Below are positions 61,878 to 64,000 of a DNA stretch of 64,000 nt, piece after piece. Made by a program: the position numbers and the translations under genes. The first letter of the stretch is position 1; every line of letters begins with the position of its first letter. A model generated the notes under the pieces. It was not told the origin of the DNA. It did not search any database and saw only the letters and a program-made list of their open reading frames with translations. Origin of the DNA: Narcine bancroftii (taxonomy: Eukaryota); assembly GCF_036971445.1 (NCBI RefSeq), contig NC_091478.1:63240001-63304000 (forward strand), in the 5' to 3' direction.

Positions 61878-64000
61878 TTATAGAGCCGAACAATTAAGAT
61901 ACCTATCAGATTTTTATCAAACAAGGGAAAAGCCAGATTGGACTAGATTAGAACTAGATAAAATAGGGGAGAAGATACCCGAACATATATTATATAAATG
62001 GGATGAAAAATTGGTACAATGTAGGAATTCTCCAGTATTACATCATCTGCTCAATATTTGGAAGAAGATTTATGTAGAAAGGAATAAAACAAATTACCAA
62101 CTATCAAAACTAGTACTGATGCAAAATCAGCTAATCCCTTTTACAATAGATAAACTTTCCTTTAGAGAATGGGAGAAAAAAGGGATCAAAAGAATAGAAA
62201 ATAGTTTTTCGGGAAATAAATTATTATCCTTTGAATAAATGAAGGATAAATATAATATAACTCACGATACAGTGTTGGCATACTACCAACTGAAATCCTA
62301 CTTGAAGGACAAATTGGGAAGCAGTCTGAGGTTACCAGAGGGAAGTAATTTTGAATATGTGATTACAGACACAATGATAATCAAAACATTTGTAACAAAC
62401 ATGTATATTAAACTACAAGAAAAGGAGAATGAGGAAACAAATGGTAAAACTAAACAAAAATGGGAACAAGATCTAAACATAAAGATAAAGAAGGAAATAT
62501 GGGAGAAGTTATGCTCAGGAACTATGAGAAATACAATAAATACCAGGTTATGTATGATATAATATAACTGGATACACAGGCTATACATCACACCTCAAAA
62601 GTTAAATAAATGGGACCCTACAGTATCAGACAAATGTTTTCGCTGTAAAAAGGAAACGGGAACAATAATTCATACAATATGGACATATGAGAAAGTGAAA
62701 AAATTTTGGGAAGATCTAAACCAGATATTAAATAAAATCACAAAAAGCAATATACCAAAAAACCCAGAGATCTTCCTCCTAAGTAACATAAAAAAACAAA
62801 GAATTTGGACTTGATTTGGATGGTGCACAAAATAGATTTGTTATGATAGCCCTAGCTGTAGCAAAAAAATGTATTATGTCAGCCTGGAAACTAGAAGATA
62901 ACTTGAGAATACAACAATGGTACATAGAAATGAATAAATGTATTCCATTAGAAAAAATAACATATAATTTAAGAAATAATATTACAATATTTGAACAAAT
63001 ATGGGAGCCATACATGAAACATAATAGAGAAAACCTACCGGGGACATCTACCACCTAAAATGACAGAAGGAAAAGAGAATGAAAAGAACTGACTCAATGG
63101 AATTTCTTGTTTATTTAAATTGAGTGACAACATTGTTTGACGGGTTTAATGTCTCTTAGATTCTGAACTTTAAATGAATGGGAGGGGAGGTAGGGAGGGT
63201 GGGAGGGGAAGAGGGAGGTGGGGGGGGGAGAAAATGACACTGTATATATTTGAAAAGGAAAATGTATGTATCTTGATCAATGTGGTTTATAGTGTGAAAA
63301 ATAAAAAAATTTAGAAAAAAGAAGAGAGAAGGGATGACCACTGCTATGTAAACTTTCATCTTGTGGAGATGTGGACATTGTGTTGATTGAGCACTCCAGT
63401 ACACAGCCACCCCAGAGCCTGGCTAGCCTTTCGAATCCTGGAGACAATTTCTTTGTCCAAAGACCCATCATTCGAGTTGAACCCAAGTATTTGAAGCTTT
63501 TTACATTGGTCAGCTGAGTGTCATCTGCAGTCATTTTTGGTTCTATGATGTTGGGGTTTGGCACGGACTGAAGGAGTACTTCAGACTTGTTCAAGTTGAT
63601 GGTCAGGCGAAAGAGCATAGCAGCATCTGAGAATTTGTTCAGTATTAACTGCAGATCTCTGTCTTTGTATGCAGAGTGTACAGTCATCAGCAAAATGTGT
63701 TTCTTGAATGATAATATAGATGTGCTTTGTCCATGCGGTCAAGTGGCGAAGGTCAAAGAGAGAGCTGTCCAGTTGGTACCTGATGTACACTCCCTCCTCC
63801 AGACCTTGGACACCACATGACAACAAGTAAGTGAAGAACAGATTGAATAAGACTGTGGCTAGTACACAGCCATGCTTCACCCCATTAGAAATGGTAAATA
63901 GAGCTGATGTATCACCAAGGCAGACGACCTGTCCTATCATTCCATTGGGAGCAGATGAATTATCTTTATGAATTTCCTTGGGCATCCATAATGTCTCAGA
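61876..64000 (-). repeat. Inverted near-identical duplicate of 37102-39229 (RTE with nested L1 3' end); segmental duplication of receptor intron 3
   Basis: Reverse complement matches continuously, including the same RTE/L1 junction and private L1 changes (TIIHTIWTYEK, shared frameshift). It runs off the window end. Confidence 0.92.

Noticed and set aside
59797-63330. Twin-primed single L1
   Set aside because: Both arms have their own 3' ends, and the right arm carries RTE flank identical to 37.1-37.8 kb. It is therefore a segmental inverted duplication.

Overview
Eukaryotic, repeat-dense (roughly two-thirds TE) vertebrate DNA. The repeat repertoire (CR1, L1/Tx1, RTE, Rex-Babar/L2-like, Penelope, V-SINE-like, Gypsy) suggests a cartilaginous fish, possibly a ray or skate (inference). 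One intact spliced gene is present on the + strand, assembled by hand from six coding exons: 29088-29142, 29308-29613, 31604-31900, 45594-45701, 47586-47629 and 48940-49077 (948 nt, 315 aa). It encodes a type I Ig-superfamily receptor: signal peptide, a germline-joined VJ-type domain with no RSS, one C1-set domain, an uncharged TM, and a tail with an ITIM (LTYASL) plus a distal Tyr motif (AVYAGV). This is an antigen-receptor-chain-like (VJ-C1) ectodomain on a SIRP-like inhibitory tail. It appears to lie in a paralogue cluster. A decayed paralogous V exon sits at about 3.7 kb. A near-identical inverted copy of part of intron 3 runs off the right edge (61876-64000), predicting a second copy on the - strand that lacks the ITIM exons. 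A possible decayed Arg-containing (activating-type) TM exon lies inside intron 3. A duplicated non-coding block with PU.1/Ets-IRF motifs lies upstream. Several retrotransposon insertions show clear TSDs, 5' inversions and nesting.
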